Of a DNA stretch of 39,415 nt, positions 27,214 through 37,094 are shown piece after piece; positions within the stretch are counted from its first letter, which is position 1; each line of letters opens with the position of its first letter. The stretch covers positions 1-39,415 of the forward strand of contig JANNEX010000307.1 of the NCBI GenBank assembly GCA_031379155.1, written 5' to 3'. The translations under genes and the position numbers were made by a program. Under the pieces are notes generated by a model. The model did not search any database, was not told the DNA's origin, and was given only the letters and a program-made list of their open reading frames with translations. The DNA comes from Rubrivivax sp. (GTDB lineage Bacteria; Pseudomonadota; Gammaproteobacteria; Burkholderiales; Burkholderiaceae_C).

Positions 27214-27912
27214 TCAGATCAAGTCGTGGTGGTGCCATACGGCTTGGCGCACGGCCTGCGGCGGGTTGAACATGAGCACGTCGATGATGGACAACCAGGG
27301 GACAAAGCTGTCACCGAACTGCGCGTACTCAAAGGGCCGGGACCGTATGAATTGCAGTTGCAGGCCATGCGATTGAAAGGCTTCACGCGCATAGAGATCA
27401 AGGCCGCCGATGGCGTTGAGGTAGCTGCTGGCCCCCACGGCCTTGGCCAGCGCAATCACCTTGTCCTGGCCTTTGAGCCCATGGTCAATCTCAATGCTGG
27501 ACGAGACACGAACGGGCGTGTTCAAGCCCAGATGCTCACACGTGCATGCCAGGGCATGCGCGAGGTAGGCAAACAAGTTGTTGTCAGGGTGGCGCACCGC
27601 ACGCTCGAGCATGGGAAACACCGCCGAGAAGTTGGGCGCTTTGACATAGGCACCGCGCCATTGGTTGAGCAGCTTGTCGCGCTGGAACTCGGCCGCCAGT
27701 GCACGCTCAGACACGTCCAGAGAATCGGAGTCACTGCGCAGCGGCAAAGAGAACATCACGTCCTTGCCTGACTGCAGCATGCGGTTGCGGTTGATCCAAC
27801 CCTTCTTCGTGTACTTGATGTTGTCGTAGACGATGAACAAGTCCACCGCAGCCATGAGCTGGAAGTAGCCCACGTAAGGGAAAAAATAGGGTTGCATGAT
27901 GGCCACCCGCAT
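27214..27912 (-). CDS. WbqC-family protein (putative glycyl/aminoacyl transferase)
   Basis: Family signature MRVAIMQPYFFPYVGYFQL...YDNIKYTKKGWINRNR, YLNAIGG and LSIIDVLMFN. The true start is ATG 27912. Confidence 0.9.
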   Translation of the reverse strand: MRVAIMQPYFFPYVGYFQLMAAVDLFIVYDNIKYTKKGWINRNRMLQSGKDVMFSLPLRSDSDSLDVSERALAAEFQRDKLLNQWRGAYVKAPNFSAVFPMLERAVRHPDNNLFAYLAHALACTCEHLGLNTPVRVSSSIEIDHGLKGQDKVIALAKAVGASSYLNAIGGLDLYAREAFQSHGLQLQFIRSRPFEYAQFGDSFVPWLSIIDVLMFNPPQAVRQAVWHHHDLI

Positions 27913-27955
27913 CAACGCGCTCCCCCAGTGGCCCAGCCAGATGACCGCAAGCCCG

Positions 27956-29068
27956 TCATTGCGCTGCGATGAAAGCAGCGATTTCGTCGACGGCAGCCAT
28001 CGGCAGGTCGGGGTAGATGGGCAGGCACAGCACTTGCAGCGCGGCCGCACTGGCCACGGGCAGATTGTCGCGATGCGCTGAAGCCAGCCCGCGGTACATC
28101 GGGAACTCAGAAATCAGCGGGTAGAAGTAGCGCCGCGCAAAGATGCCATGGTCGCGCAGGCGCTGGTTAAGCCCGTCACGGCTGATCGGGTAGGCGGCTT
28201 GCACAAGGATGGGAAAGTAGGCGTAGTTGGCACGTGTTTCGCCCGCGTCGCCCAGGCAGTGAATGCCTCTGACGCCACGCAACTTTTCGCGGTAGGCCTG
28301 GTCGATGACCTTGCGGCTTTGCAGCGCCTTGTCGATGTGTTTTAGCTGCAGCAAGCCCAGTGCGGCATTGAACTCGCTCATCTTGCCGTTGATGCCCGGC
28401 GCCACGACATTGACCTCGCCGGCATGGCCGAAATTTTTCAATTGGTCTATGCGTGCCTTGGTCTTGGCGTCAGGGCAAATGATGGCGCCACCCTCAAAGG
28501 TGTTGAAGACCTTGGTGGCATGGAAACTCAGCACCGACAGGTCGCCGTGCTTGAGCACGCTGCCGCAATGGCATTGCACGCCAAAGGCGTGCGCGGCATC
28601 GTAAATAACCTTCAGGTTGTAGGTGCTGGCAATTTTCTCGATCGCGTCCACGTCGCAAGGATGGCCGTAACAGTGGACGGGCATGATGGCCGTGGTCTGC
28701 GGCGTAATGGCTGCTTCGATCTTGGCGGGATCCAGGTTCAGCGTCTTCGCGTCCACGTCGACAAAGACCGGCTTGATGCCATTCCACAGCAGCGAATGGG
28801 CCGTGGCCACGAAAGAGTAGGGCGTGGTGATGACTTCCCCGGTGATGCGCAGGGCTTGCAGCGCTGTGACCAAGGCAATGGTGGCATTGGTGAACAGCGC
28901 CAGGTAGGGCACACCCAGGTACTCGGCCAGTTCCTTTTCCAGCTTGGCGTGGAATGGCCCGCCATTGGTGAGCACCCTGCTGGCCCAGATTTCCTCCAGC
29001 ATGGGCAAGAATTCTTCCAGCGGCGGCAGGTGCGGCTGGGTCACGAAGATGGGTTTGCGTGGGCTCAT
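27956..29068 (-). CDS. vioA: DegT/DnrJ/EryC1/StrS sugar aminotransferase, VioA type (dTDP-4-amino-4,6-dideoxy-D-glucose synthase)
   Basis: IFVTQPHLPPLEEF...LTNGGPFH, YDAAHAFGV, PLP-lysine motif SFHATKVFNTFEGG, GINGKMSE and RRYFYPLI. Confidence 0.85.
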   Translation of the reverse strand: MSPRKPIFVTQPHLPPLEEFLPMLEEIWASRVLTNGGPFHAKLEKELAEYLGVPYLALFTNATIALVTALQALRITGEVITTPYSFVATAHSLLWNGIKPVFVDVDAKTLNLDPAKIEAAITPQTTAIMPVHCYGHPCDVDAIEKIASTYNLKVIYDAAHAFGVQCHCGSVLKHGDLSVLSFHATKVFNTFEGGAIICPDAKTKARIDQLKNFGHAGEVNVVAPGINGKMSEFNAALGLLQLKHIDKALQSRKVIDQAYREKLRGVRGIHCLGDAGETRANYAYFPILVQAAYPISRDGLNQRLRDHGIFARRYFYPLISEFPMYRGLASAHRDNLPVASAAALQVLCLPIYPDLPMAAVDEIAAFIAAQ

Positions 29069-29191
29069 GATGGAGAGTTCATGCGAAAGCAGGGCTTGAC
29101 GGCGTCAGGCCGGGCAGGGATTGAGGCGGGCCGTGGCAGCCGCAGGTTGGGGTCTCGACATGCGGTCGTTGGCGTCAGGCTCACGGGCCAC

Positions 29192-30325
29192 TCACGTCGG
29201 GCTGTGCTTGACACCCGGCCGCTGCGGGAAGGCGATATGGCGCAGCAGCAGCCATGCTGCAAACGCCAGCGCCGACACCAAGGATGCCCCAATCGCGATT
29301 GCGGCGCGCTTGGGACTGCTCTTTCTTTCGGGCGGCGTGGCCTGATCCACGATCTGGATCAAGGTGCCTTCCCGGCTCTCGTCGACGCGGGCCAATTCAA
29401 ACTGCCGCGCATAGAGTTCAAACAGGGCTTCTTGGTACTTGAAGTCGCGGTACTTGCTGATGTAGTCAGGGCCCTTGGCCGAGTCGCTTGAGCGTTCCAG
29501 GCGTGCCAACTGTCCTCGCAATGCCGTCAGCGTGGCCTGCTGCTGTCGAACCTCCGGCGCCGTTTCAGTCAGTGAGCCCTGCAGGGCCTGCAGCTTGACT
29601 TCGGCCGCCACAGCTTCGGCGCGCAGCTTGCCGTAGTTTTCGGCAGCCGCCTTGGGTTCGGCTTTCAGGGCGCTGGCGTTGAAGCCACTGTCTTGCATGG
29701 CTTGTTGTGCACTGACCAGGCGGTCACGGCTTTGTTTCATCTGCAACTCGAAGAAGACACGCCTTTGCTGCGCTTCGGTAACCGCCAGCGATGCCGTGAT
29801 GCGGCGCAGTTCTTCGACATAGCGGTTGGCCATGTCAGCGGCGCGCTGCGGGCTTTTGTCCTCGACCTCGACCGCGATCAGGCCATCTTTTCTGCCCAGC
29901 GCAATCTGCACGTTCTTGCCCAACTGCCTTCGTGCGTCGACGCGAAACTCCACGTCGTAAAGCTTCATCAATTCGAACTGCTCGATGATGCGGTCAGATA
30001 CCGATGCGCTCTGCATCAAGGCCACATACTGTTCGCCGGGGCTGCGCAGGCCAGCTGCGCCACCGGCCAGGCCCGCAAGTGGCCCCAAGGATGCCAAGGC
30101 CAGTGCCGCCGAACTCTGGCTTTGTTGAGGCGGCAAGAAGGTCACCCTGGCCGTGTACTTGGGCGGGAGCGTGAAAGCCACCCCAAGCGCCAGCGCTCCG
30201 CACACCAGAGGCCCCAGCACCAAGAGTTTCCAGCCGTCCTTGAGCGCCTGGGCTACTTCTGCAAAACCGGTGTCGCTCGAATCGGACGACGTGGTCACCG
30301 TCGATGCCGCCATTTCAACGGTCAT
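29192..30325 (-). CDS. Wzz-like polysaccharide co-polymerase / chain-length determinant (no kinase domain)
   Basis: N- and C-terminal transmembrane helices flank a coiled-coil periplasmic region. C-terminal IQIVDQATPPERKSSPKR motif; no Walker A. Confidence 0.85.
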   Translation of the reverse strand: MTVEMAASTVTTSSDSSDTGFAEVAQALKDGWKLLVLGPLVCGALALGVAFTLPPKYTARVTFLPPQQSQSSAALALASLGPLAGLAGGAAGLRSPGEQYVALMQSASVSDRIIEQFELMKLYDVEFRVDARRQLGKNVQIALGRKDGLIAVEVEDKSPQRAADMANRYVEELRRITASLAVTEAQQRRVFFELQMKQSRDRLVSAQQAMQDSGFNASALKAEPKAAAENYGKLRAEAVAAEVKLQALQGSLTETAPEVRQQQATLTALRGQLARLERSSDSAKGPDYISKYRDFKYQEALFELYARQFELARVDESREGTLIQIVDQATPPERKSSPKRAAIAIGASLVSALAFAAWLLLRHIAFPQRPGVKHSPT

Positions 30326-30326
30326 C

Positions 30327-32225
30327 TCAGAAAGCCCCGATAACCTTGAACGACGCTAAGCCAATGCCCAATTGGTACAGCACCTGGGTCCAGTCTTTCG
30401 CGTTTTGAAGGAATGTTGACTTGTTGAATTCTTCGGGCACAAAAATGGTGTCGCCAGGTTCGGCAACCATGTTGCCCAGGACATTGCGCGACAACCAGGA
30501 GTCTCCCGACTGGCGCGCACTGGCCACGGTGCCATTGGCGCGCACGACAAATGCGCTGTCATCGTCGGCGCCTTTGGTCATGCCGCCGGCAAGGCGCAGG
30601 TACTGGTCAATATTGCGCCCCGCGCTGTACAGATAGCTCCCGCCGTTGAACACGCTGCCGAAAACACCCACGGTGGTGGGTCGCGGTGGGATGTACAGGC
30701 TGTCACCGTCCTCAAGGGCCAAGGGTGGCAATTCGGTCCCTGTGGCCGGCAGTTGGAGGACGATGCGGCCACTGGGCTTGACGGCGCGCATACGTTCGAT
30801 CAGGCGCGAATTGGCGTTGGAGCGCGCGGTCTGCACGGCAGCCTCGTCGCCGCTGGCCACGCGAAAACCTGTTTCACTGCGGGCGAGGTCGCTTTCCAGA
30901 TTTCGCAGCGCACGGTCGTAGTTTTCTTGCTGCGTGCGGCGCACGCTTTCGCGCGTGAAGCTGGTGCCAAAGACATAGGCCGATGAGGTGACGCCGCCAG
31001 CCGCGCTCAAAGCATCGGTCAGCGTGCTCTGCGGCGGCAGCAAGTACTCACCGGGCCTGGCAACTTCGCCTTCGACGCGCACGCGCTTGTTCTGGCGCTC
31101 TTGCGACATCGACACTGCCACTGCGCTGAACACGCGCACGACGTCGCCTTGTTTGAGAAGCAGGGCCTCGGCGCCGGGCAAAGCCAGCTCCACGATGCGC
31201 TGTGTCAAGCGGCTTTCAAGCCGTTCGAGGGTCACGCGTTGGCGGTCGGCCAGCGCGCTTAATCCGCCGGCCATGCGCAGCAGGTCGGCCATCGTTTCAC
31301 CGGCCTTGAGTTCATAAACTGCTGGCTTGTTGACACTGCCCAACAAGGCAACTTGCGTGCCCACAGCAGCCACATGGATCACGTCGTCAGCCTGCACCCA
31401 TTGGTCGCCACTGCGGTCACCGCGCAACAGCAGGTCGTAGAGATCCAAGCTACTGACTTGGCGGCCACCGCGGCGCAACTCGATCTGGCGGAAACTGCCG
31501 GCTGCGGCCGGTCCGCCAGCGCGCATGACGGCGTTCATGGCTGTGGACAATGCTGACAGGGTGTAGGCGCCGGGTCGCACCACATGGCCGGTGACGTAGA
31601 CCTGCACGCCGCGCAGACGACCCAGCGAGACCGCGAGCTCGAAATTTTTGAAGACCTGCGAAACACGGCGCATCAGGCTGTCGTGCAAGTCAGCGTGGCG
31701 CAGCCCTGCAACCAGGACCGGCCCCACACGCGGCAACGTGATGCGGCCACTGCGGTCAACCAGCAAGCGCAGGTCAGCGTCCACCGAGCCCCAAATGGCG
31801 ACCTGCACTTCGTCGCCAATCTGAACCAGGTAGTCGGCGGGCACAGCCGTGTTGAAATCGGCGCCAGATGCCGTTGCGGTCGCGCCGACGTTTGCGCCAA
31901 GCTGCGATACCAGGTCTGAGCCGAAACGTGTGAGTCCTACAAAGGCCTCGAACTCGCCTTGCTCTGGGGCCGTGGCAAGGCTGGCCTTTTGTGCCGGGAT
32001 GACATTCGCCCGGGCTTCTTCTGGTGCAGGTTGACGCAGTCTGATGGGGCCCGCTGTTCCCGGGTTGGCAGCCGTCAAACCGCCTCTGGCGGTCTCGGGC
32101 CCCTGCACATCGGGTTGCGCCACGCCTTGCGCCCACACACGCGTCTGCCAACCCAACGACACCAGCGCGAGCAACAGCAACGCACGCGCCAGAATCGAGT
32201 GCACAAAGGGGTGTCTGATGGTCAT
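30327..32225 (-). CDS. SLBB-repeat polysaccharide export protein (large OPX; KpsD/WbfF-OtnA-like)
   Basis: Sec signal ending VWA-Q; poly_export motif DYLVQIGDEVQVAIWG...VDRSGRITLPRVG; several SLBB repeats (VTGHVVRPGAY, GSVNKPAVYEL, VEGEVARPGEY); PGDTIFVPE. Confidence 0.9.
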   Translation of the reverse strand: MTIRHPFVHSILARALLLLALVSLGWQTRVWAQGVAQPDVQGPETARGGLTAANPGTAGPIRLRQPAPEEARANVIPAQKASLATAPEQGEFEAFVGLTRFGSDLVSQLGANVGATATASGADFNTAVPADYLVQIGDEVQVAIWGSVDADLRLLVDRSGRITLPRVGPVLVAGLRHADLHDSLMRRVSQVFKNFELAVSLGRLRGVQVYVTGHVVRPGAYTLSALSTAMNAVMRAGGPAAAGSFRQIELRRGGRQVSSLDLYDLLLRGDRSGDQWVQADDVIHVAAVGTQVALLGSVNKPAVYELKAGETMADLLRMAGGLSALADRQRVTLERLESRLTQRIVELALPGAEALLLKQGDVVRVFSAVAVSMSQERQNKRVRVEGEVARPGEYLLPPQSTLTDALSAAGGVTSSAYVFGTSFTRESVRRTQQENYDRALRNLESDLARSETGFRVASGDEAAVQTARSNANSRLIERMRAVKPSGRIVLQLPATGTELPPLALEDGDSLYIPPRPTTVGVFGSVFNGGSYLYSAGRNIDQYLRLAGGMTKGADDDSAFVVRANGTVASARQSGDSWLSRNVLGNMVAEPGDTIFVPEEFNKSTFLQNAKDWTQVLYQLGIGLASFKVIGAF

Positions 32226-32283
32226 GAAGATGATGCGCCGGCCAGGACCCGCGGCCCAAGAAGCCCGGTCTCAGAAACCCAGC

Positions 32284-32289
32284 ATTCTA
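32284..32289 (-). promoter_or_regulatory. Putative sigma-70 -10 element (TAGAAT) for the leftward polysaccharide operon
   Basis: gcTAGAAT on the minus strand, about 60 bp upstream of ATG 32225, in the divergent intergenic gap. Confidence 0.5.
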
Positions 32290-32342
32290 GCTGTCGGCAC
32301 CGCATCAGCACATTGAGGGGCGAGCCCCCAAGGGGGCGCCGC

Positions 32343-32348
32343 TACACT
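32343..32348 (+). promoter_or_regulatory. Putative -10 element (TACACT) 7 nt before GTG 32356
   Basis: gcTACACT-cttgcgt-GTG, with no SD present. Confidence 0.5.
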
Positions 32349-32355
32349 CTTGCGT

Positions 32356-33485
32356 GTGACTGCCTTGCTGATCTCTTTTTTCGTCGCCACCGTGCTGACA
32401 GGTTGGGTCATCCACGCCAGCGGTGCCGACGGGCACCCTGCCCTGGACCATGACATCTCGGGTCCGCAGAAGTTCCACGACCGCCCAGTGCCCCGCGTGG
32501 GCGGCCTGGGCATCTTCGCAGGCCTGTTGGCGGCCTGTGCCGCCATGATCTGGCGCGAACCCACGGTCAACATGCTGACCATGTGGTTGATGGTGAGCGC
32601 CGCCCCGGCCTTCATTGCAGGCCTTGTTGAAGACCTGACGAAACGGGTCAGTCCAGGCAAGCGGCTGCTGGCCGTGGCCCTCTCAGCCGTTTTGGCCTTT
32701 TGGCTGGCGGGGGCGGCTATCACGCGCACTGGCATCCCCGGCCTGGATGAGGTGGTGGCTTGGTGGCTTGGCTCGCTGCTGGTGAGTGTGCTGGCGGTCA
32801 GCGGCATCGCCAATTCCGTCAACATCATCGATGGCTTCAACGGTCTGGCGTCCATGTGCGTCGTGATCATGCTAGCGGCGCTGGCCTATGTGGCCTTCCA
32901 GGTGGGGGACAGCCTTGTCGGCACCTTGGCCTTGGCCGGCATTGGTGCCACGTTGGGATTCTTCCTTTGGAACTTTCCCTCCGGGCTGATATTCCTGGGT
33001 GATGGCGGCGCGTATTTCCTTGGTTTCTTTGTCGCCGAACTGGCCATCTTGCTGCTTGTGCGCAACCCGGGGGTGTCGCCGCTGTTCCCTTTGCTGGTGT
33101 GCGTGTACCCGGTATTCGAGACCTTGTTTTCGATCTATCGGCGCCGTTTCTTGCGTGCGGGCTCGCCAAGCATGCCCGACGGCATCCATCTGCATTCACT
33201 GATCTATCGCCGCCTGTTGCGCTGGGCCGTGGGCGACCGCAGTTTGAAGTCACTGGCCCGACGCAACTCCATGACATCGCCGTTCCTTTGGGCCATGTGC
33301 ATGATTTCGGTGGTGCCCGCCGTGCTGTTCTGGGACAGCACGTCCATCATGGCGATTTCGTTGGCCATTTTTGCATTGGGCTATGTGGCGCTGTACTGGC
33401 GTATTGTTCGATTTCGCTCGCCTCGCTGGCTGCGGCTGCTGGCCAGTCGCCCACGTTTACAGCGGCGGGGCGATAATCGCGGCAC

Positions 33486-33489
<4 letters not shown>
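32356..33489 (+). CDS. MraY/WecA-family undecaprenyl-phosphate HexNAc-1-phosphate transferase (WbpL/WecA-like initiating enzyme)
   Basis: Motifs PQKFHDRPVPRVGG, GLVEDL, NSVNIIDGFNGL, IFLGDGGAY and DGIHLHSL; multi-transmembrane. The start is GTG 32356 or TTG 32350. Confidence 0.92.
33472..33477 (+). promoter_or_regulatory. Putative -10 element (GATAAT) 8 nt before the helicase ATG
   Basis: gcGATAAT-cgcggcac-ATG inside the 3' end of the upstream gene, with no SD. Confidence 0.45.
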
Positions 33490-34961
<1,472 letters not shown>

Positions 34962-34967
34962 CGCGAC

Positions 34968-35723
34968 CTAGCTGGCCAGCAAGCCGAACACGGCGGGTAG
35001 CCGGTCGGGCATGGTGGGTGGGCTCTTGCGCCAGGCGGCCACCGCCGCGCTGCGTGTCCAGCCCTCTGGTAATGTGAGGCCACAGCTAACGCTCAAAGTG
35101 GTGGCAGGCGCAAGACCTTCGAGCAGGGCTGAGAGCATGGCGCCGTTGCGGTAGGGCGTTTCGATCAGCAATTGGGTTTGCGCCAGCCGTCGCGACAGCG
35201 CTTCCAACTCTTTGATGCGCGAGCCGCGCGCTGCGGCTTCTTGCGGCAGATAGCCGACAAAGGCAAAGCTCTGGCCGTTCAAGCCACTGGCCGCCAAGGC
35301 CAGCAGGAGTGAGCTGGCGCCGGGCAGCGCCAGCACCGGCACACCAGCCGCGTGCGCGGCAGCCACCAAGGCCGAGCCGGGGTCGGCCACGGCGGGCAGG
35401 CCGGCTTCGGAAATCAGCCCCAGGTCATGGCCTTGCAGTGTGGGCTGCAACAGGGCCTGCCATTCCTGCGCCGGCACGGCTTCGCGGCTGCCTTTGCGCG
35501 CACGCGGCAGTTCACGGATGTCTATGGCTTGAAGCGGCAGCACCAGCGGCTCGATGGCGGCCACGCGCTTGAGGAATGCGCGTGTGCTGCGTGCGTCTTC
35601 AGCGGCCCAGTGTTGCAGTGCGGCGGCGCGGCGAATCACGCCGTGGGGCAGCACGTCAAGCAGGTCCACTTCGCCGGCACCCAGGTCCAGCGTGTTGGGC
35701 ACCAGCAGCAGTGAGCCGTTCAC
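34968..35723 (-). CDS. RsmI-like tetrapyrrole-methylase-family SAM-dependent methyltransferase
   Basis: Motifs LLLVPNTL, GLISEAGLPAVADPG, LALAASGLNGQSFAFVGYLP and IETPYRN. Confidence 0.88.
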   Translation of the reverse strand: MNGSLLLVPNTLDLGAGEVDLLDVLPHGVIRRAAALQHWAAEDARSTRAFLKRVAAIEPLVLPLQAIDIRELPRARKGSREAVPAQEWQALLQPTLQGHDLGLISEAGLPAVADPGSALVAAAHAAGVPVLALPGASSLLLALAASGLNGQSFAFVGYLPQEAAARGSRIKELEALSRRLAQTQLLIETPYRNGAMLSALLEGLAPATTLSVSCGLTLPEGWTRSAAVAAWRKSPPTMPDRLPAVFGLLAS

Positions 35724-35781
35724 TGGACTACCCTTTGCGCTGCGCGCTTCGGGATAAGCACTTGGGAGCGGCCCGGCGCGC

Positions 35782-36372
35782 TCATGGCAGCAAGGGGTTG
35801 ATGCCTACTTCGCGCAGCAGGCGTGCGGTGCGAATCAGCGGCAGGCCGACGAGCGCCGTGGGGTCGTCGCTGTCTATGCGCTCGAGCAGCGCGATGCCCA
35901 GGGTTTCGCACTTGGCGCTGCCGGCGCAGTCGTAGGGCTGTTCGGTGCGCAGGTAGTGTTCGATTTCTGCGTCGCTGAGCGAGCGAAATTCGACGCCCAC
36001 GGTGGCCAGCAAGCACTGGGCATAGCCTTGGCGCACGCACACCACCGCCACAGCGGTCTGGAAGCTGACGCGCTGGCCACGCATCAGTTGTAGTTGCGCC
36101 ACCGCCCGTTCGTGTGTGCCAGGCTTGCCGATGGCCTGGCCGTTGAAGTCGGCCACCTGGTCAGAGCCGATGACGACAGCGTCGGGCCGTTGCAATGCCA
36201 CCGCCTGGGCCTTGGCCATGGCCAGGCGCATGGCCAGGGCAGGCGGTGTTTCGCCTGGCAAGGCGGCTTCGTCGACCTCGGGTGCAATCACCTCAAAGGG
36301 CAGGCGCAGGCGCGTCAGCAGTTCGCGCCGGTAGCGTGATGTCGAGGCCAGGATGAGCGCGGGCGGTGTCAT
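35782..36372 (-). CDS. maf: Maf-family nucleotide pyrophosphatase (YceF subtype, m7GTP pyrophosphatase)
   Basis: Motifs LILASTSRYRRELL, IGSDQV, GKPG, PYDCAGSAKCE and DPTALVGLPL. The start is ATG 36372. Confidence 0.92.
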   Translation of the reverse strand: MTPPALILASTSRYRRELLTRLRLPFEVIAPEVDEAALPGETPPALAMRLAMAKAQAVALQRPDAVVIGSDQVADFNGQAIGKPGTHERAVAQLQLMRGQRVSFQTAVAVVCVRQGYAQCLLATVGVEFRSLSDAEIEHYLRTEQPYDCAGSAKCETLGIALLERIDSDDPTALVGLPLIRTARLLREVGINPLLP

Positions 36373-36379
36373 ATGCCGC

Positions 36380-36385
36380 ATTGTC
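36380..36385 (-). promoter_or_regulatory. Putative -10 element (GACAAT) 7 nt before the maf ATG
   Basis: The minus strand reads GACAAT-gcggcat-ATG. Confidence 0.45.
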
Positions 36386-36426
36386 GGCGCAAGCTCTGAC
36401 CGGCCTGGCGCGCGGCAGGGGCTGGC

Positions 36427-36432
36427 TACACT
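36427..36432 (+). promoter_or_regulatory. Putative -10 element (TACACT) 7 nt before the GST ATG
   Basis: gcTACACT-gcgtggc-ATG. Confidence 0.5.
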
Positions 36433-36439
36433 GCGTGGC

Positions 36440-37072
36440 ATGTGGACCTTGTACGGATCAAACGGCTCTGGCTCAGCCGCCATCGAGATGGCCTTGCTGC
36501 GCTGCGGCCTGCCTTACCGCGTGCTTCGCGCCTCCACCTGGGAGCCCGATTCGGCGCAGCAGCAACTGGGCCTGGCCAACGCGCTGGGCCAGGTGCCCAC
36601 GCTGCAGTTTGAAGACGGCAGCGTCATGACCGAGAGTGCGGCCATCCTCATCCATCTCGGGCTGTTGCACCCGGCTTCGGGCTTGTTGCCGCAAGACACT
36701 GCGGCACGGGCGCAAGCCTTGCGCGGGCTGGTCTACATTGCCGCCAACTGCTATGCCGCCATTGGCGTCATCGACCACCCCGAGCGTTGGTGCAAAGGCG
36801 GCGCCGAGGCCGAACACGACATCGTGCGCCAGGGCGCGCGGGTGCGCCTGCACCAGTACTGGAGCGTGTTTGCCGACCAGTGCATGGGCCCAGGTCCGTT
36901 TCTGTCGGGTGAGGCGCCGGGCGCCTTGGACTTGCTGGCGGCCGTGGTCTCGCGCTGGTCAGGCACACGTCCACATCTGGAAAAAGAGCGGCCAGCGCTG
37001 CACGCCTTGCTGCTGCGCGTTGAGCAGCAAAGTGACCTGGCGCCGGTGTTTGCGCGCCACTGGCCCGCATGA
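36440..37072 (+). CDS. Glutathione S-transferase family protein
   Basis: MWTLYGSNGSGSAAIE, then NALGQVPTL and GSVMTESAAILIHL (cis-Pro and ES motifs), and FLSGEAPGALDL. Confidence 0.9.
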   Translation: MWTLYGSNGSGSAAIEMALLRCGLPYRVLRASTWEPDSAQQQLGLANALGQVPTLQFEDGSVMTESAAILIHLGLLHPASGLLPQDTAARAQALRGLVYIAANCYAAIGVIDHPERWCKGGAEAEHDIVRQGARVRLHQYWSVFADQCMGPGPFLSGEAPGALDLLAAVVSRWSGTRPHLEKERPALHALLLRVEQQSDLAPVFARHWPA

Positions 37073-37094
37073 GCAGCGCATGAGCGGCACATGA
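37068..37094 (+). repeat. Imperfect 11-bp tandem repeat (CATGAGCRGCR) creating two overlapping 4-codon mini-ORFs
   Basis: catgagcagcg catgagcggca catga. Confidence 0.6.

Noticed and set aside
20525-27771. Long plus-strand ORFs (20525-21625, 22524-23885, 26515-27771 and others)
   Set aside because: They lie antisense to well-supported minus-strand genes and have the low-information composition typical of shadow ORFs.
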